Positions 25,792-39,104 of a DNA stretch of 64,000 bases are shown piece by piece (the stretch's first letter is position 1; each line of letters begins with the position of its first letter). A program made the position numbers and the translations under genes. Source of the stretch: Owenia fusiformis (taxonomy: Eukaryota); contig CAIIXF020000001.1 in NCBI GenBank assembly GCA_903813345.2, positions 32,054,001-32,118,000 of the forward strand, in the 5' to 3' direction. Under the pieces are notes generated by a model. It was not told where the DNA came from. It saw only the letters and a program-made list of their open reading frames with translations, and ran no database searches.

Positions 25792-26319
25792 CACTGGTAC
25801 TCACCTAGTTACCCTGACGATCCGTCAGTGTAACATAGCGGAACTACATCCGGGACTCGGTTTCGGTAAGATATTTTTATTTCTCGATTTACACCTACTT
25901 ATAAGTCACGTATTGGATAATAATTTGGCTAGAAGTTAATGAAGATAATCTAGTTTGAGAATGTGCTGGTGGTCTTAGGTTTGGTATTCTAAAGTAGACG
26001 CAATTCACATATTTAGTTCCTCGCTTTTGTTACACTGACGATCGGTATGAATATTGCCAATATTGGCCGTTCGTCAGTGTAACAAAAGCGAGGGACTAAA
26101 TATGTGAATTGCGTCTTCATTAACATACCAGACCTAAAAACACCAATACATTCTCAAACTAGACTATCTTCCTTAACTTTGAGCCAAATTATTATCCACA
26201 GCGTGACTTATAAGTAGGTGTAAATCGAGAAATTAAAATATCGTACCGAAACTTGGTCCCGGAAGTTGATCCGCCATGTTACACTGACGTATCGTCAGGG
26301 TAACAGGTGAGTACCAGTG
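25792..26319. mobile_element. Transib-like foldback MITE (CAC..GTG termini, 5-bp TSD)
   Basis: ~250-bp arms cactggtactcacc.. / ..ggtgagtaccagtg; TSD tgatt at 25787-25791 and 26320-26324. Confidence 0.8.
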
Positions 26320-27854
26320 TGATTGGTCTGTATCTTAAAACTGTTAGATTCAAAAAACAAGGTTCCTACAGATTGCTGACAAATACATTTCCTGACCTTT
26401 TCCAAATTTTCCCTAACCAAGCTAAGTTTCCCTGGCTGTGATGAATAGAACAACTAAATATTTAGTAATAAAACTTTATGTGGATAATGATGACTATAAA
26501 TCAATGTAAAATACATGTAGTGATAATGTGGAAATTGACTATTTCAATACTTTACTCTTTTCACCAAGTTTCAAGTATTTTGACTATTTTAGTAATTTGT
26601 AAAATTAATCCCATTTTTCCAGGCTGTAGGGACCTTATATATTACAAGCACTGAAAACATCAAAAGCGCTAAACTGGTTATTAAATATATAGAATAAAAC
26701 AAAATTCAACATACCTTGATTAATGTGAAAAGTGTTAAATGAGCAGTCAGATGCAGAACTTACACACATGTACAGTTTGTTAGTGCAGCATAAACAAACT
26801 AAATCTAGGAAATGGCTACTACTAATGACAAACAAGGATAAACATATGTTTTAATACAATTATGCAAAATGGTTGCAAAGGCTTGAACATTTTCATGATT
26901 TAGCAATACATTAAAAGCCACCCTCCTTATCTGGGGCAATAGACAACACAAAAATGGTAAATAAGATGGCTGATGTGGAGTCAAGAATCTCTAGTCACTT
27001 TCTTCTAGATGTAACGGGAAATTCCAGTTATGACAATAAGCTTACAGTATATGACAATAACAACAAGGATATGTTATGCTTATTCTTCAACATAAATCTA
27101 TAACAAGGCATTACGATGCAAAATGTCACCATCAGCCATTTGTTACAGATGCCGAATGCCAAACAGCAATTACCGTCCACAAAAAAGTTGGAGACTATAA
27201 CCATATGTCACAAGTTGTAGTGGTGACATAAAAAAGTGCAGATAGGAAGTATTTCAAAACACAAATATCATAAATTTATTACAAAGTCTTACGTAGTCAA
27301 GGGGAGGCTCTTTTATGATATATCATAAATCATTCTCACATAAAATTAATAGGGGAGACTATTGGGGAGTGTACGACTCAATTATAAATACACAATCAAT
27401 TATCAAGTATTTGAACTCAATATGTCAAGTCTCTCTGTGGCATCGCCAATCTTATTGAGAAACACAAACAAACATTTTTTGGTAAATATTTTATTTACTA
27501 AAAGATCATAGAAAGCCACCACTATTTACAAACATCTACCCATGGAAGAGAATACACCTGTACTATACCATTCTTCTAATTGGTTAGCCTCACTCTTAAT
27601 TCAGGTTATATCTAAGTGCCTCAAATGTTTCAGTGTTTTCAGTGTCAAGGTAACTAGCTTGAACAGAGCACTAGAGTTTATAAACATCATCATTCAATGC
27701 ATTCTGTTCAACTATTCTGCCTATTAAATACTAGTACATGTAGTTAAATTTTAATTAATATTACAACTTAGAATTAAAGCTGGTAGTGAATCTGATCATA
27801 ATGTAAGCCCAATATGCTTTATCAGAGCCAATACCTATTTCAAGAGTTGTAAAC

Positions 27855-28377
27855 AAGGCATAGACTTTTAACCACCTGGAGTCCGTTTTTGCACCATTCG
27901 TATTAACAAACATAAGCAATTCATAAATATTCATATGAATGAGTTACGAATTTGTAAAGTTGCAAATGGACCATTTTTGTACGCTTTCATAAGTCATTCG
28001 TAATTTCTGTTAGCTAGATTTACAAAAGGGTTGATGTCACATTCCACCATTGTCAGGATAGATAGTCATACAATAAAAACTTTGTAAAAGAAGCAAAGAT
28101 TCCATGAGATACTGAAATAGGTTGATATTAAGTTGATCACAGTGTTGCCCTTTGTGTTCTCTGATTTAGAATGACAAACAACACAAATCACAATATAAAT
28201 GAATAAATAAAAAGAAGCCATTCGCAAAGTTACGAAAGGGTCAGAGGTGCTATTAAATCTACGAATGAAAGCAACCATGATGTCACTATTTTCGTAATTT
28301 CATGAATCGTTCATACCTTTGCGATAAATGACTTTCAAACATTCCTAACTACGAACAGTACAAAAACAAGCCCCTGG
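27855..28377. mobile_element. Degenerate MITE (possibly Harbinger-like)
   Basis: cctggagtccgtttttgcaccattcgta vs tacgaacagtacaaaaacaagcccctgg inverted ends. Confidence 0.5.
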
Positions 28378-28757
28378 TAGCAATTTTAAAAGAGTAACAA
28401 TTTGTCACAGATATTGAAAAATAGTGGCTATAATAATACATGTATGTAAATGGGCTTACAATAAACCTTCTCAACACCAACAATCACAGACAGCTAAATA
28501 TGGTTAGATAAAGGAACATGCAACATGTTCTACTACTATAATTATGGTGACAAATATTATTGTTCCTCAATTCCCTTTCAATTGTAATAACTTTCACATT
28601 GATTTTAATTCATGGTTTCTTTTACACTTCTACAATTCCAAGTAAAACACTACAACAAATAAAAGCACATTGATTCTGAAACACAAATTTTAAATGTTAT
28701 TTTTTAAGAACATATTCTTAAGTTCATCTGACATTACATTTCTGCACCACATATTAG

Positions 28758-29562
28758 TAGTGACCAAACCTCAGAAAATCCAAAAATATGTTTTGTTGCA
28801 GAACCCTAATTTTTATTACTCAGAAGTTTTAGGATTGATATTGCTCTACTGACTCCTGTTTTTTTAAAGCAAATCGCTTGAAGCTTTAAAGTTATAGAGG
28901 AATTCAGCAAGGGGTAATTTTCAAGAATCATTTAAAAATATTTTTAAAAGAAGTCAATACACAGACTACATAATTATTTCACAAAAAATATCATTAAAGA
29001 ACCTTACAATGTCAGAAAAATATAGTTTGTCTAATGTTGTAATCATCCGATAAGATAATAAACTCTATTATTAGTGTTTGGCATCACATTTTTTAGTGGT
29101 AAACATCAAAATCAATTCTTATCTAGAAAATAATAAATAAGGCCAAATTTTGTCTTTTTGTTGTTCAAAGAACTAAACTAATTATTGTTAAAATTGTTTT
29201 ACCTTTGGAGAAATTGTTCAAAAACATATATTTAGATAAAAAATATGTCAGTTACAAAATATTTTTTTAAAGAAATACTCAAACTCTCTTGATGTGTCTA
29301 TCTCTAAACATATTCCAGGTATACATTTGCATGGTGCTCTGCATTTCTAAAAGTCAAAAGTGATTCACTGGGGTAGATTTCTTTGAAACAAAAGAATTAT
29401 AAACAAAATAAAAATAAGAAATAAACCCTTGCTTACATTGTCAATAACTATAAAAATAAATCAAGGACTCTATATCACTGTTTCAAAGTTTTAAAAACAG
29501 GGTTTCTGCAACAGGACATAAAATCTAAATGGAGTCTCTTTAAAAATGTTGGTTGACACTAT
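28758..29562. mobile_element. Degenerate MITE (tagtgtcaacc / gttgcagaaccc family)
   Basis: Inverted ends tagtgaccaa..gttgcagaaccct / gggtttctgcaacaggacat..ttggttgacacta; the same right end recurs at 36398-36453. Confidence 0.55.
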
Positions 29563-30003
29563 ATGTGTGTAATAATATATATAGGTTATTTTGAACGCAG
29601 TCAGTAATAACTTACAATAGAGAGGTGTGCTGAAGCTAACTTTTACATCTAAGCTATAAACACAAAACATTAATACTGTATCACGGTGTGATACTCAAAA
29701 GGCATGCCTACTAGGCATACCGTTTGAAACACTGACAAATTAAAATTGAAAATGGCGCCAGAGTATCATCATCTAAAATGTACCATTTCTTTATTAATTT
29801 TTAAATGGTACGATATAGTGACGTGGTAATATTTATATATGTTTTCAGCATAACTCTGAAGGTATTAATGAGATCTAGATGTATTGGGTCCAGCTTGATG
29901 GCTTGATGGAGCAATTTTGTATTTCACATTTGAAACTGCTCCATCAAGATGGACAAAAAAATTAAACATTATTTTTATAAAAAAATTAAAAAGACCCAAT
30001 ATG

Positions 30004-31057
30004 CAGGGTGTTCCAAAAGTAACAGGACTGGTGCTGGTTTTTTGTTAAATATGCACCAATCATCTTCAACAGTTTACATGATGTACTTCTATGCATGGTA
30101 ACTAACACTCCAAAGTTTTGGCAAAAATTATGAAACTCGGTTAGAGTTATGGTTGCTATGGTAATGAGACATCACAATACCCGGGACAACATTCCAAACA
30201 GAAAGCTACTGAGACTTTAAGCATTTTGTACACCCCACATCAAAGTTAAAATCCAACAACTGGTGGGAATTACATTTGCTAATTACATCATTTGATATTC
30301 CTATGTATCCTCTACTTTGAAAAGTAGGCTCCTCTTTGGTCAGTCCAAGAGTAGTACTCCCTATCCATGACTCAAACATATGAGTGAACCCATTTTCGGG
30401 CGTGTCACGCAGGGTCCATCGGACACCTTGGAGATGGGCATTCTCATCTTTAAAGGTCTTACCATGCTGATTAACATTCCATTCTCAAGTAAAGTAAAGT
30501 AAAATTAGATATTGCATGATCAGAAGAATATGGTGCATGATCTTAAGTCCTCAAGACCTGTCTCCTCAATAGCTGCAGTGGTCTTTAATGCTGACTCGCA
30601 GGCAGGCACATTATCAAGGTGGATAACTGGCTTTAAATTGGGTCTTTTCAAAAGCTAAACCGTGAATTGTGCAGACTGTCATACATAGTGAAATTCCAAT
30701 AAATTGAATAAATATTATTATTATGAAATCATATTTGAATCTGAGTTGTATAGCAACACCATTACTACAAAGCAACTAATAAAACAAACAAGAAATGTTG
30801 TATTGTAATAGATAAATCAGATCTTTCTTCAGTAAAACCAAAATGTTAGATATTAAATTTTCATGAAAAAGTTGCCCCTGGTATTGTGATGTCATGTTAG
30901 TATAGCAACCATAACTCTACCCGCATTTAATAATTTTTTCTGAAACTTTAGAATTTTAGTTGCACTACTTCAAAGTACAATTTGTGAAAATTTGAACACA
31001 CTCAGTTCAGAATTAACAAAACACCAACACCAGTCCTGTTACTTTTGGAACACCCTG
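30004..31057 (-). mobile_element. Internally deleted mariner element
   Basis: TIRs cagggtgttccaaaagtaacaggactggtg / caccagtcctgttacttttggaacaccctg|TA; decayed transposase inside. Confidence 0.85.
30315..30660 (-). pseudogene. Decayed mariner transposase C-terminus
   Basis: Frameshifted translation KRPNLKPVIHLDNVPA..TTAAIEETG / DHAPYSSDHAISNF / GKTFKDENAHLQGVRWTLRDTPENGFTHMFESW resembles the mariner HHDNAPAH, HPPYSPDLAPSDF and GKRF motifs. Confidence 0.75.
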
Positions 31058-32345
31058 TATTAGATCTCATTAATACCTTCAGAGTTATGCTAAAAACATA
31101 TATAAATATTATCATGTCACTATAATCGTGCCATTTAAAAGTAAAACAAGAAATGGTACATTTCAGAGTATGATACGCTGGCACCTTTTTCAATAGCTTT
31201 TACTCCTAGCATTATTGAACTTCAAACAGAAGTGTAGGTTATCCACAAATGATATACTCATTGCATCGAGCAAGGGCGAACGTAATACCCGGAATGGTTG
31301 CAAATTGGCATCAGTTTTTTACTGCATCGGATTTGAATAAGCCAATTAAACATGGTCATGAACACATTAGCAGAAAACACAATCGCCATTTAAATTACAT
31401 TTCCCTGTTTATTCTGTTCGTATCAATCCTTTTTTACATGTCATATATTTAAGATAATCAATTACGTAGCTAATGATGTGAACGGATTGCAATGCCATAG
31501 AGTGAAATAACCGCAAAACGGTACAGAAAAAGGTACCTAGGTCTGAGAAAACCTACCCCTCAATACACCATTGTCTAATGAAGACCAAACAAAGCCCTGG
31601 ATGTCGTGTCATTTCGTTTGGTACACAACTAAGCCCCGGGTATTAAATAAGCCCTTGCATGGAGTAGTTAATTCTCTTTGGTATAACAAAACATATGAGT
31701 TAAAAAATAATTTGTGAAGTTTTCTAAGTGTTTTTATGAAAAATAGCATGCTCCATCAAGCTGGACAAATTTTTCGATGACAACACATGAGTATAGACGT
31801 CTTAAAATAACATTGAAAAACACAGACTCCAACTTAAATGATGCAATATTGCAAGGCGTGCAGTTTGTGGTCAAAACAAAGTACAGTACACCACTTGAGT
31901 ACCGCCCATATGTATGATTATCGAAAAAGCACTCTTAAACCCTTGGCCCCTTCACTATATGCTTTTTACAAATTAATATACATGTAAAAGTGTCTTTCAT
32001 GTTAATCGTGAATTCTGATTTCTCTTTTATGTGATATTGATTCTTAAGAAAAAACCAAAATGTTCCTTTATGGTGATAAATATGGGATCTTTGTATATCA
32101 CTACATTTTACCTAGAAATATTCTACCATATCACATTAGAAGCCAAGGCAGCAAATATTTTCAATGCCAGATCTGGAATGACTGCCATAAAAAGCTCCTT
32201 CAAACTAAGTTGATATCATGTTTATGATTTACTGGACAAACATGTAAGATCTATGAAGGAGTTCATTATGGCAATGAGGATTAGACAGGCTGATATGAAT
32301 ATTAGTACATTGTACTTTATCATAAACTTTTCATTATTTCAATCT

Positions 32346-32876
32346 CTATTTTATGTCATTCCTATGTCTTATTGCTTCCATCATGTTTGGTTTTTCATCA
32401 CCGTTATCACGATCTTCATTATTTTTAACATCAGCTAGTTTATTATGTGGTACTTCTATAACTGGTTGCTGAGCAACATCCACAGCAGCCTTTTTAGTAT
32501 CATCATCACCTTTAACATTTTCTTGTTCATTTTCATTTACTGGTCTATCTATTTGATTTAAAGCATCATCTTTCTGCACAGACTCAGCTTGATCCATTAC
32601 TTTGTCATTGTCCTTTACATCTGGGGGATTTCCTGCAGGATCAAGAACTTCATTAATATGTGCTAGTTTTGGTCCCTCATTCTTATCATACCCTTCTCCT
32701 CCACCATGTAAATCTAAGTTAGGTGCTTTGGCTTGTGGTATACCAACACCATCCTGTGATTCAAGATTAGAGGCCCTGTGTTGTCGAAGGAGACCATTCC
32801 CATGACCACCACCATTCTCTTGTAGCAACTCTCTACTTGTAGACTTCTTTACCTCTAACTGCCTACCTTGTTTTTC
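32346..32876 (-). CDS. GOLIM4: GOLIM4-like exon ending in a stop codon (probable alternative terminal or composite exon): EKQGRQLEV...RHRNDIK*
   Basis: gttatag acceptor, phase 0; 176 open codons of D/E/N/Q-rich sequence ending TAG at 32346. Confidence 0.75.
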   Translation of the reverse strand, partial: EKQGRQLEVKKSTSRELLQENGGGHGNGLLRQHRASNLESQDGVGIPQAKAPNLDLHGGGEGYDKNEGPKLAHINEVLDPAGNPPDVKDNDKVMDQAESVQKDDALNQIDRPVNENEQENVKGDDDTKKAAVDVAQQPVIEVPHNKLADVKNNEDRDNGDEKPNMMEAIRHRNDIK

Positions 32877-35147
32877 CTATAACAGGTGCTACCTTGTTAT
32901 GTTTGTATGTACAGAATGTATGATTAAAGCCAAAAAAATAGTCTTTAGGGTTGTCTTGAGATTAAACTTCCACCATATTATGCTTCCTAAATCCTAATAC
33001 TAATGTGGGATAATGCATAGTATACTTGTTCGCTGAATGGTATTGTCAAGCACTTTGGAAGTGGATAATGTGTAGTTTGACACACAAAGAATTATTGTCT
33101 AGGTACTACATGTACTAGGGTTGAATAAATAGTCTAAATATGATTAAGTTTTGCCCCGTGCAGAATGGATTAAAAGTATGTGTCTTATCTAAAATAATTA
33201 AGTTGATTTGAAGATAATTTCAATTCATTCATTCAAGGTACACAGCAATGCCGATGGCCCAAAAGTCCCCTCCAACAAACAAAGTGTTGTAACCAGTTGA
33301 ACTTTGTGGTCCAATAAAGGTCACCATCTGACATGAAAGTGCTGCCCTCACTTTGTGTTTGCAACACATAGATGAAAACAGTTGGAGTGGAGATAAGTGG
33401 GATTTAGGTCAGCTGTGGGTTTTAATGAGAGAAAATCAAAATAAAGATTTAATCATCATTAGACCTTATGGTATTCTTTCCTTATTCCGCCACATTTTAA
33501 AACTTAATGGGATGAACATGTGATATGAGCAAGACAAGAATGGGATATATGTTTCCTAGTATAAATATTCTGAATGCTTAAAAGCAACCGTTTATGGTTC
33601 CCAGGTGTGCAATCGATAAAGGAAAGCATGTATTCAGGGTGTTTCTGTTAAAAATCCAAATCATATCATGTTCTTAGGGATTCTATATTTGATGTCATTA
33701 ATATGATACTGCAATTATCATACTGAATTACAGTTTAGAATTCAGTTCAACAAAGCCTTTTGTAACCATCATGCAAATCATAATCAAAGAACTATTAATC
33801 GATGAGAAAATTATAAGATAGGTAAGAAAACATATACATGAGTATATGAGCAGTATTAGAGTGCAACCTACTGTTAAATCAGAAATAAATACATGCACTA
33901 CTTAAGGTGAAGCCGAAAACATGCAAGTTAACACTTTCAACAAAGCATGAATTCAGAAGTCATGTCATGACCTGATTTTATACATTTATCATATTTAAAT
34001 TAAAATCACCACTACAAGCTATTTATCATGTTATATGATATATTCTAATATGATACGTTTACGTCACAATAACTAGAACAATAAATTCACCGGTCTATAT
34101 TGGAGTATGCATGACCGCTTTATTTCATAAATGCAAATATATGTTTTTCTTGTCTGTTTATCATATTAGAATCGTAAAACAAAGACCTCAATTTATGATT
34201 CATGTCAAACATATGACCTCAAATTTCATTGTGGCCATTGCCAAAGACATTAATCGCTACACGGTTTCGGTCTTTTAACAATGAACAGAATAAAATTTTC
34301 GGTCATATATTACGCCATAAATCATAAAATCTCGGTCTTTATTCCTTAATTACAAATGTGTATTGAATTAATCACATCCTAAATAAAGTTAAATATCTTA
34401 ACAACAATGTACTATTTAAAATCACAAGGTGCTATGAAAGTAAGCCCTTTGAGTCAATACCAGGTCAAGTCATCCTAAGTCAAGTCAATCCTAGGTCAAC
34501 TAAACACAAAGTCGACACACAGAATGTCAAGAAAACCCTAGATGAAAAACCCCAAGAAAAGTAATCTAGCAATCTCCAGTTCTCATCAATCCAAAATCAA
34601 AGTATGATAAATTAATAGTATGAGATAAATATAATTCAATCTAATGAATGGGCAAATATCCAAAAATCTCATGAATAAATAGAGTTTCATATCATATAAA
34701 AATCAGAATTATTGCTTCATCTATACAAGTGAACTTTTGAGTAGGTCTAGTCTCCAGCACACTGTCATACTCACTCGGGAATGATAAAATGTGATAATCT
34801 TCACTTTTGAGCCTATTCTCAAAGTGTCACGAATCCATATTTACAGGTCTTGGCGTTCCTTACAGTTAATTCACAATGAATCTAGGTCATTTGGTCAAAT
34901 CAACTGCATTACTGTAGCTCTACATTTTAAATTATAAAACGTATGTAGGATAAGATAAAGCAATAATATCATTTTAATTATTATTAAAGCAAAGCAATGA
35001 GAACAATTATACTGGTCTGACTAGAAGCCTTTCACTGTAATGGAAATCCATCTAATGGCCAATGTTAGGATTGATTTCTAATAAGTGTGAATGTGAAGAA
35101 TACTTGTGCATTCAGACTCACAATGTAATATTAAATACTAAACTTAC

Positions 35148-35218
35148 TTTTTTATCTTCCTTAAAGTCAGGAGGAATAACTTGGTTCTGTTGGACCTGTT
35201 GAGGGTCAACTCTTTCGG
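35148..35218 (-). CDS. GOLIM4: GOLIM4-like exon: (A)ERVDPQQVQQNQVIPPDFKEDKK
   Basis: gtttcag acceptor, gtaagt donor, phase 1 to 0. Confidence 0.82.
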
Positions 35219-37390
35219 CTGAAACAAAAACAATATTTCTAGATATTTCAATGTCAAATATAATCTTTCCTTAATTAAAAACAACAAACAGTAATTTCAG
35301 AGGTTTTTGGTTGTCACTGATGAGTACTAACCAAAACCCCAGAAAATCCCAAAATACAGGCTGACCACAAAAAATGTTACTCTCTAGTTTTGGAATAACA
35401 TTCTCAATTATGAAAGAATCTTTGTGATTTTTTGTGTAGATAGAAGTGCAATTCATGAAACATTGATGTGTATGTACTTATATAGCATCAACTTGTTAGA
35501 GCTTTAGAGATATCACATCTTGATTCACAAGATTCCAGTTGCTTCAACTTCACCTTGATAATCTTAGAATGAATCCACATTGAGCAAACAAAACAAAATT
35601 CTAATATTGTTTTCAAAGTAAAGATACCATGTCATGATTCATCATATTTGACAAAATCATTTTAGAAAAATGGGTAGATAATATTACATATAACTGATAA
35701 TATATACAAGGTGAGCCAAAAAAAGGTAACCCAAACAAATTTTAATAACTCAGTAATCTATAAGTATGGGCTTAAAGTCATATTTGGTATGGTACAATAG
35801 AACCATTCAATGTCCTTTCATCCAACTTTAATTCATTCAAGTTTAATTGGTCAATTCCAAATAGTCATGATTTTATGGCCATTTAACAATAAATGCTCAA
35901 AATGGGTCTTGTCTTTGGAGGTAAACTTGAAATCATCTTGTTCCAACTCTCTGATGCGTCTAGGGCTGTTAACTTACATATTGTCTTTGAAATACTCTCA
36001 GAGGTAAAATTCTGGGGGTTCATATTAGGTGATTTTGATATGTTTCGCCATTTGGAGTATGTTTTGTAAAATGGCCTTGGAAATCGTAACTATTGGTAAC
36101 ACAATTTCAGAAATTTGGATTTTTTTAACATTTTTGGTTGATTTCCCATGAGAACATACCTGATAAGAAAATGCGATTACTCTTAATATATAAAAATCAT
36201 AAATGCAATCTGTAAGCAGTACACCACTGTTTTCTCCACTGAACACTGTACACAAATAAACTCATAAAGATTCTACTATATTTGCCATAGTTATTCCAAA
36301 ATTAGAGCATAACTGTTTTTAAGGTCATGTCCTGTATGTCCTGTTGAAGAACTATGATTTTTGTATGTCTATATTTCTGTTTCAAAGTATTGAAATAAGG
36401 GTTCTGCAACAGGACATTAACATAAGGTCTTTAGAATTTTTTGGTTGACACTACAGGGTGGTCCAAAAAAAATTGGAACATTTGGTAATTGAACGCAAAA
36501 CCTTTATTTTTCTCTAAAATGCACCAAAATTTTACTGAGCATAGTTCAGTCACTTATTTATCTGATGTAAAGTTTATAGGTGAAAACCACAAAGTTAATG
36601 CATTAAACTAGTCAATGTTTCATAGGACTCCCTTTTCTTAAATATACACTTGTCAATTTTGCCGCTTCTTTTTCAAGTATTCTTTATTTCAAAGCTCTAA
36701 TGAACATGATGATTGCTATATACATTTTATAAAATCATATTCACTTGACAAGAGGTATTTACATCTCTGGTTTACAAGAAAACTATTTTGTTATTGTCAA
36801 CCTTGCTGTACAACCTTAAACAGTATGAATGTATTGATCAGGCTTGGTCCAGTAATGGCAAGATCTTTGGAAAGTCCAAATCTGGTAGTATTAGAGTATT
36901 TACAGTTGTAGATGACTTATCTCTGCTTGGAGCAAAAGTAGAGTAACTATTTTTGTCAATGTAACCACATTGCCCAACTAACAATTCACTTACAACTTTG
37001 AAAACAACAAATTGACAGTTTGATTATACTTATGGAGAGTCATATGTCCATGAACTGTTGAATCTCATAATACAAGTATGCTGCCACTTAAATACGTGCT
37101 CATTTAGTTGTCATGAACTATTATTATCACTGAGCATCATTGTGGACCTTTTGTTGTTTGATGATAATGACTATTATTGTTTGATGTGTGACGTAGGTCT
37201 TAATGCTTGAATGACTCAATTAGTTAACATTGCTTGACTAAGTTTGACTTAAAGAACTGTTGAATCTCATAATACAAGTATGCTGCCACTTAAATACGTG
37301 CTCATTTAGTTGTCATGAACTATTATTATCACTGAGCATCATTGTGGACCTTTTGTTGTTTGATGATAATGACTATTATTTCAACTAGTT

Positions 37391-38540
37391 AACATTGCTT
37401 GACTAAGTTTGACTTAAAGCTAGCTTTGATTGATTAAATGTGATTTAGGTCATCATTTTTTGAATGACACATTTAGTGACTAATGTGTGATCTAGGTCTT
37501 AATGTTTGAATGACACATTTAGCTAGGTTTGCTTGATTAAATGTGATTTAGGTCATCATTTTTGAATGACACATTTAGTTAACATTGCCTGACTAATGTG
37601 TGATCTAGGTCTTAATGTTTGTAAGACACAATTAGTTAACTTTGCTTGACTAATGTGTGACTTAGGTCTTAATGTTTGAATGACACATTTAGCTAGGTTT
37701 GCTTGATTAAATGTGATTTAGGTCATCATTTTTGAATGACACATTTAGTTAACATTGCCTGACTAATGTGTGATCTAGGTCTTAATGTTTGTAAGACACA
37801 ATTAGTTAACTTTGCTTGACTAATGTGTGACTTAGGTCTTAATGTTTGAATGACACATGTAGCTAGGTTTGCTTGATTAAATGTGATTTAGGTCATCATT
37901 TTTGAATGACACATTTAGTTAACATTGGCTGACTAATGTGTGATCTAGGTCTTAATGTTTGTAAGACACAATTAGTTAACTTTGCTTGACTAATGTGTGA
38001 CTTAGGTCTTAATGTTTGAATGACACATTTAGCTAGGTTTGCTTGATTAAATGTGATTTAGGTCATCATTTTTGATTGACACATTTAGTTAACATTGCCT
38101 AACTAATGTGTGATCTAGGTCTTAATGTTTGTAAGACACAATTAGTTAGCATTGCTTGACTAATGTGTGACTTAGGTCTTAATGTTTGAATGACACATTT
38201 AGCTAGGTTTGCTTGATTAAATGTGATTTAGGTCATCATTTTTGAATGACACATTTAGTTAACATTGCTTGACTAATGTGTGATTTAGGTCTTAAGGTTT
38301 GTAAGACACAATTAGTTAACATTGCTTGACTAATGTGTGACTTAGGTCTTAATGTTTGAATGACACATTTAGCTAGGTTTGCTTGATTAAATGTGATTTA
38401 GGTCATCATTTTTGAATGACACATTTAGTTAACATTGCCTAACTAATGTGTGATCTAGGTCTTAATGTTTGTAAGACACAATTAGTTAGCATTGCTTGAC
38501 TAATGTGTGACTTAGGTTTTAATGTTTGAATGACTCAACT
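37391..38540 (+). repeat. Tandem array: 56/57/57-bp subunits forming a 170-bp higher-order repeat (~6 copies), copy 1
   Basis: tgacacat(t/g)tagctaggtttgc at 37511, 37681, 37851, 38021, 38191, 38361. Confidence 0.95.
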
Positions 38541-39104
38541 AAAATTGCGTGACTTTTTTTGCTTGAATGACACGATTAATTAACATTGCTTAACTTAGTG
38601 AGACATGGGTTTTCAAGTTTGGTAATTTATGGTATCAATCATTATTATACTAAAAGAAAGCTGCCCAACCAAAGTCTTAGCATATTACAACCATACTAAA
38701 TGCTCCCTATTTTTCTTATAATCTCATGACTGTTTTAACAATGTAAATATAATAATCTTTGGTACCTTAACTATTCTACTGTATAAGAAAGCTACCTAAC
38801 ATGTTTTAGACCATGATTGCCAATGTACATGACTTTGATTGAAGTTAATGATTTCATGGTTTGCATCATTTGATTTCAGAGTTAATAGTTCCAGGACTAT
38901 TCCATATGTAAGATGCCCAATGCAATTTAGTCTGGGATTTTACTTTTACCTCAATGAGTATTACTAAAAGTAGATTGGCAGACTTTATATGTTATATATT
39001 CTTGTATTACTATGCCGACTGTCCTCTGGAAATAAGCATTTTCTTGATATTTAAGAATTTGGAATAACTGAATTTAATATTAACTTGTTACAGCTGCACT
39101 GCTG

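Larger units (their letters stand above)
29745..31194. mobile_element. Outer MITE with ~135-bp TIRs hosting a mariner insertion
   Basis: 29745-29878 is the inverted repeat of 31061-31194. Confidence 0.7.

Noticed and set aside
30463..30483. 21-nt microexon (gag|AATGGAATGTTAATCAGCATG|gtaaga) in GOLIM4 orientation
   Set aside because: Weak GAG acceptor, and it lies within the decayed mariner transposase.
36640..37052. Target-site duplication for the LINE
   Set aside because: No match to the sequence after the A-tail (cttaatatccg) found, so the 5' boundary is left uncertain.
37511..38540. 57-nt (19-codon) units as a coding repeat
   Set aside because: All sense frames hit stops. The best antisense frame is open for only ~40 codons before TGA TGA, and the 170-bp period is not a multiple of 3.
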